The position numbers were made by a program, and so were the translations under genes. Below are positions 49,284-53,175 of a stretch of DNA of 53,175 bases, piece after piece. This stretch comes from Cyanobacteriota bacterium (GTDB lineage Bacteria; Cyanobacteriota; Cyanobacteriia; PCC-6307; Cyanobiaceae), in contig JBJOMY010000009.1 of assembly GCA_046052125.1 (NCBI GenBank), positions 1 to 53,175 of the forward strand. The letters run 5' to 3'. Below the pieces are notes generated by a model that worked only from the letters and a program-made list of their open reading frames with translations, had not been told where the DNA came from and did not search any database. How positions within the stretch are numbered: position 1 is the stretch's first letter; the number at the start of each line of letters is the position of its first letter.

Positions 49284-49622
49284 ATGCCGGAGCTGGTCAG
49301 GATGATCCGATCAACTCAGTCGCCGGGCCGCGAGAGCGGTGGCGCCGCCGTGATGGAGAAGGCACCGGAGCGAGTGCGCAAGCCCTCGCCCCGCTACAAG
49401 GTGCTGCTTCACAACGACCCGGTGAACACCATGGAATACGTGGTGACCACCCTGCGGCAGGTGGTGCCGAGCCTGAGCGAACAGGACGCCATCGCCGTGA
49501 TGCTGGAAGCCCACAACACCGGCGTTGGCCTGGTGATCGTGTGCGACATCGAGCCGGCCGAGTTTTACAGCGAAACGCTCAAGGCCAAGGGCCTCAGCAG
49601 CACGATCGAGCCCGAAACCTGA
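49284..49622 (+). CDS. clpS: ATP-dependent Clp protease adaptor ClpS
   Basis: PRYKVLLHNDPVNTMEYVV, MLEAHNTG; start may be the later ATG at 49302. Confidence 0.93.
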   Translation: MPELVRMIRSTQSPGRESGGAAVMEKAPERVRKPSPRYKVLLHNDPVNTMEYVVTTLRQVVPSLSEQDAIAVMLEAHNTGVGLVIVCDIEPAEFYSETLKAKGLSSTIEPET

Positions 49623-50446
49623 TGGAAGGCCCCAGCAGCGCACGGCTGCACTGGTGGGGCACGCTGCTCTACCCGGCCGCACTGGTGGCGGTGTTTCTGG
49701 GCTGCCAAGTGCTGCTCAAGCTGGCAGGGGTTCCGCGTGGCACGGAGGCCAGCCTGGCGGCACTTCCCGCGGTAGCCGCTCTGCTGCTGAGCCTGCCGCT
49801 GCGCCTGCGCCGCAGCTGGGGGGAACGCCAACCGTGGCAGCGACTCGGGGTCACAGGGCCTACCCCGGCAGTGTTCAAGGCCTTGGTGCGAGGTGCCCTG
49901 AAGGCCGCCGGGCTGCTGGCGCTAGTGATCGCGGCCCTGATCCTGGTGGGTGGATTGAGCTGGACACCACGGCTCACAGCCGGCCTGCTGCTCAATGCCG
50001 CCGCCCTTGGTCTGGGGGTGGGCTTCGCGGAAGAACTGCTGTTCCGCGGCTGGCTCCTGGGGGAGCTGAACCTGCTGATCGGCAAGCAGCGGGCTCTGTG
50101 GCTGCAGGCGGCGTTGTTCAGCCTGGTGCACACCCGTTTCAACCTGCCGCCACTGCAACTGCTGGGCCTGTTGATCGGGTTACTGCTGCTGGGGCTGGCC
50201 CTCGGCCTGCAAAGGCGAGCCGATGGCGGCCTGCTCTGGGGCGCGATCGGATTGCACGGCGGCCTGGTGGCGGGCTGGTTTCTGCTGCATCAGGGCCTGG
50301 CCACGATCAGCCCCTCAGCTCCAGCCTGGCTGATGGGACCCGACAACCCCATCGGTGGTTTGGTGGGATGGCTCGGACTGGTGCTGCTCCTGCTGGTGCG
50401 GCGGCGCTGGTGGGCAACACCAACGAGCGGCCCTGACCTCGGTTGA
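49622..50446 (+). CDS. CPBP (Abi/CAAX) family intramembrane metalloprotease
   Basis: EELLFRG, FSLVH, AIGLHG motifs; multiple TM segments; TGATG overlap with clpS. Confidence 0.9.
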   Translation: MEGPSSARLHWWGTLLYPAALVAVFLGCQVLLKLAGVPRGTEASLAALPAVAALLLSLPLRLRRSWGERQPWQRLGVTGPTPAVFKALVRGALKAAGLLALVIAALILVGGLSWTPRLTAGLLLNAAALGLGVGFAEELLFRGWLLGELNLLIGKQRALWLQAALFSLVHTRFNLPPLQLLGLLIGLLLLGLALGLQRRADGGLLWGAIGLHGGLVAGWFLLHQGLATISPSAPAWLMGPDNPIGGLVGWLGLVLLLLVRRRWWATPTSGPDLG

Positions 50447-52033
50447 TCAGCGCGTCGCGGTCGCTAAAGCGGCGCGGCCTTCCACCGGAGCATGCAACGC
50501 CTCCTCAAGAGGAGCCAAGCCGTAGTCGCGCTCGAGCAGATCCATCACCGTGCGACCGAAGTCGGCGGGGTTGCGCTCGAATGCCTCCAGGCAGATGCGG
50601 CCAAAGGTGCTGCCCATCGGCTCGGGGTTCCAGAGCAGTTGGCGAGCGGTCCAGGGGAGCATGCTCATCGGGTTGTAGCCCGGCTTGATCAGGCCCTGAT
50701 CGAAGCCGTATTGCTCCAGGTGGGTGTGGGGCTGCAGGCCGATGAAGAAGATCGCCGGCTCCACCTTGTCGGCACCGAAGATGCGCTCGAGCTCCCGGTG
50801 GTACGCCACGGTCTGGCGGATCGTCTCCGGACGCTCGTCGATCACGTTGAACGAGTAGTTCACCGACACGTGCTCGCGGAAGCCGGCGCGGGCCAGCAGG
50901 CGGCAGTTCTCGAGCACGGTGCGCAGGTTGTAGCCCATGCGCATCTTGCGCACGAGCTCCTGGGAGCCGGAGGTGATGCCGATCTCGAAATAGTCCATGC
51001 CGGTGGCCACCATCAGCTCCGCCAGCTCGGCATCGAGGTTGTCGGCGCGGATGTAGGCGGCCCAGCGGATGTCGTTCCAGCCTTGGGCCTGCACCGCCCG
51101 CAACAGCTCCTTGGCGTCGTCGATATAGCGGCGGGCCGGAATGAACTGGGCATCGGTGAACCAGAAACCGCGTACACCCTTGGCGTAGAGCTGGCGCATC
51201 TCGGCGATCACCTCCTCCACGGGGTTCACGCGCACCGCCTTGCCTTCCACCACCGTGTACACGCAGTAGCAGCAGTTGTGGGGGCAGCCGCGCTTGGTCT
51301 GCACGCCCACGTAGAAGTCGCCGCCGTCGAGATACCAATCGAGCTGGGGCCAGATCGAGGCGATGTAGGCGTAGTTGCAGGCGGTTTTCTCCATACCCGC
51401 CGGCTGCTCGTGGATCAGGCCGGGGCGGGGCGGTTCACCCGCAATGAAGCAACGCTCGCCGTCGAGGGATTCACCGCGGATCAGCTTCTCCAGTAGCGGT
51501 TCGCCCTCCCCCACAGACACCACGGTGCCGCGGGGCAATTTGCGGCCGAGCTGTTCGTAGAACACACTCACAGCACCGCCACCGAGCACGGCCCGAGCAG
51601 CGGGCTTGAAGCGACGGGCCGTCCGCAGACCACGGCGCACCAGGCGAAGGTTGCGCCAGAGCTCGCCATAGAACGAGCCCATCAGCCGCAGGCCGCCAAA
51701 GGCACCGCGCAACCGTTTGATCGGATTGCGGGCGTAGAACACCTCAAAGGAGTTCTGCAGCGGATTGCCGCCGCGCCCATCCACCGGGGCATAGATCTGA
51801 ATGTCGCGCCAGGAGAACACCAGCAGCGAGGGCTGGAACCGCTCGATCTCCTGCTTCAGCACATCCTCCACATCCAGCAGCGGCACCGCCGCCAGATCAA
51901 GGATGCGCTGCTCGAGCTGCGGAAACTGTTTGTGGATGTGATCGGCCAGGTACACCGGGCCGATCGGGAAGATGGGATTGCAGGGCAGGCGCACCAGCAG
52001 CACCCGCTGTTCCTCCAACGAGGCTTGTCGCAC
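50447..52033 (-). CDS. B12-binding-type radical SAM protein, PSII high-light acclimation family (Slr0320-like)
   Basis: LVRLPCNPIFPIGPVYLADH, SWRDIQIYAPV, TKRGCPHNCCYC, WFTDAQF. Confidence 0.87.
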   Translation of the reverse strand: MRQASLEEQRVLLVRLPCNPIFPIGPVYLADHIHKQFPQLEQRILDLAAVPLLDVEDVLKQEIERFQPSLLVFSWRDIQIYAPVDGRGGNPLQNSFEVFYARNPIKRLRGAFGGLRLMGSFYGELWRNLRLVRRGLRTARRFKPAARAVLGGGAVSVFYEQLGRKLPRGTVVSVGEGEPLLEKLIRGESLDGERCFIAGEPPRPGLIHEQPAGMEKTACNYAYIASIWPQLDWYLDGGDFYVGVQTKRGCPHNCCYCVYTVVEGKAVRVNPVEEVIAEMRQLYAKGVRGFWFTDAQFIPARRYIDDAKELLRAVQAQGWNDIRWAAYIRADNLDAELAELMVATGMDYFEIGITSGSQELVRKMRMGYNLRTVLENCRLLARAGFREHVSVNYSFNVIDERPETIRQTVAYHRELERIFGADKVEPAIFFIGLQPHTHLEQYGFDQGLIKPGYNPMSMLPWTARQLLWNPEPMGSTFGRICLEAFERNPADFGRTVMDLLERDYGLAPLEEALHAPVEGRAALATATR

Positions 52034-52039
52034 AGTGAG

Positions 52040-53029
52040 TCAGGTGTGGGGCGCGTTGGCCTGGGCCGGTGCGGACGCTAACAACCGCGCCCGCTGCTCC
52101 ACGCGTTGGCGCAGAGCTCGCGGCAGAAACGACCACCACCGGCGATGCACACAGGTGCGCGGCTCCAGGCGCCAGCCGTGTTGCGCCAACAGCTGCCTGA
52201 GAACCTCCGGCGTTGGCTGCGGGTAAGCCGGATTGATCACATCCAAACAATCGATGCCGCCCAGATCGCTGATGCCCGCATCGAGCGCACGGGGCAGCTG
52301 CTCCAGAGGCCAGAGATTGGGAGGCGTCTGCAGATGGACCTCCGGCGGCAGCAGCTGGCGGGCCATGGCGATGGCCTCAAGCAGATCGCTCTGTTCCGTT
52401 GCGCTGAGGGGGCGGGCGGCATCGCCATCGGGCCGCCAGGGCTGAAGGATCACCTCCTGGAGATGCCCCCAGCGCCGTTGCTGATCCGCCAGCAGGAGCA
52501 ATGCCTGCTCTCGCTGCGCCATGGTTTCGCCCACCCCGAGCAACAGGCCCGTGGTGAACGGAATCCCCAGCCGGCCGGCCTGCTGCAGCTGGGTGAGGCG
52601 CACCTCCAGGCTCTTGCTGGGGGCGCGGCGGTGCAGGGCGTCATAGGCAGGCCCCACACCCTCGAGCATCAGCCCCATCGAGGGATTCAGCCGCCCGAGT
52701 GCCGCCATCTCGCGCAGAGACAGGGGGCCAGCATTGGTGTGCGGTAGGCGCCCCTCAGCCAAAGCCAGTGCACTGAGGGCCAGCAGTCGCGCAAACCAGG
52801 CAGAACGCTGGGGCGATCCGGGGGCCACTTCACCGCTAAGCAGCAGCACCTCCGCTGCCGCAGGCCGCGCCGACAGCTGCTCAGCCGCCTCTGCGAGCGA
52901 CAACGGCGTTGCCTGATCCAGTGGCAAACGGAAGCTGCAGTAGCCGCAGTCGTTGAAGCAACCCCGCGTGGGAACGAGCGTGACGCTCGGACTCCAGGTA
53001 ACGAGATCCCGCGCCGGCACGCGTCTCAC
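52040..53029 (-). CDS. cofG: FO synthase subunit CofG
   Basis: VTWSPSVTLVPTRGCFNDCGYC, PHTNAG, SMGLMLE, PFTTGLLLGVGET, QEVILQP, QTPPNL. Confidence 0.9.
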   Translation of the reverse strand: MRRVPARDLVTWSPSVTLVPTRGCFNDCGYCSFRLPLDQATPLSLAEAAEQLSARPAAAEVLLLSGEVAPGSPQRSAWFARLLALSALALAEGRLPHTNAGPLSLREMAALGRLNPSMGLMLEGVGPAYDALHRRAPSKSLEVRLTQLQQAGRLGIPFTTGLLLGVGETMAQREQALLLLADQQRRWGHLQEVILQPWRPDGDAARPLSATEQSDLLEAIAMARQLLPPEVHLQTPPNLWPLEQLPRALDAGISDLGGIDCLDVINPAYPQPTPEVLRQLLAQHGWRLEPRTCVHRRWWSFLPRALRQRVEQRARLLASAPAQANAPHT

Positions 53030-53084
53030 AAGCTGCGCTGATCAGTGAGATAAGCACCGCTAGCGCCCACTCCGGCCTTAAGCG

Positions 53085-53175
53085 TGTGTCACACGGCGCA
53101 AACATCCGTTACATTGGGATCTGGCAGGGCGGGTATCCCCCTGTCCTTCCTTCTCGCCCAGCGACAGATCCTCTG
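53085..53175 (+). promoter_or_regulatory. Possible promoter/leader of a gene beyond the window
   Basis: GTTACATT (53108-53115), an HLR1 half-site that also contains -10-like TACATT, preceded by TCACA/AAACA repeats. Confidence 0.3.

Overview
GC-rich picocyanobacterial chromosome (Synechococcus/Cyanobium-type, judged from gene content, order and protein sequences). Left end (1-4053): edge of the phycobilisome rod gene region (5' cpcB, cpcD, cpcC, a coiled-coil unknown, cpcL/cpcG2, cpcT, a small unknown), bounded by tRNA-Phe. The rest is dense core genome: comF, DUF2470, FGGY kinase, metK, HAD hydrolase, rpsA, nrdR, psbB-psbT, ferredoxin-psbM, USP, thioesterase, dprA, prmC, tsaC, psaAB, a Pro/Ala-rich lipoprotein, cbiG-cobJ, tRNA-Pro, lipA, Fd-GOGAT, NAGPA-like, HesB-like, rpsL-rpsG-fusA-tuf-rpsJ, Lon-N protein, methyltransferase, pheA, DUF1997, rne-rnhB, a TIGR03960/TIGR03936-type radical SAM fusion, dapL, clpS, CPBP protease, an Slr0320-like radical SAM and cofG. 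I saw no mobile element, CRISPR array, prophage or defence island, and I cannot show a clearly new multi-gene system. Best leads: the uncharacterised radical SAM fusion upstream of rne, a LexA-like box on the dprA promoter, similarly positioned RpaB/HLR1-like boxes at cpcB, cpcC and psaA, the unknowns in the pigment region, and several small ORFs. All family assignments are from recognising motifs by eye; no searches were run.
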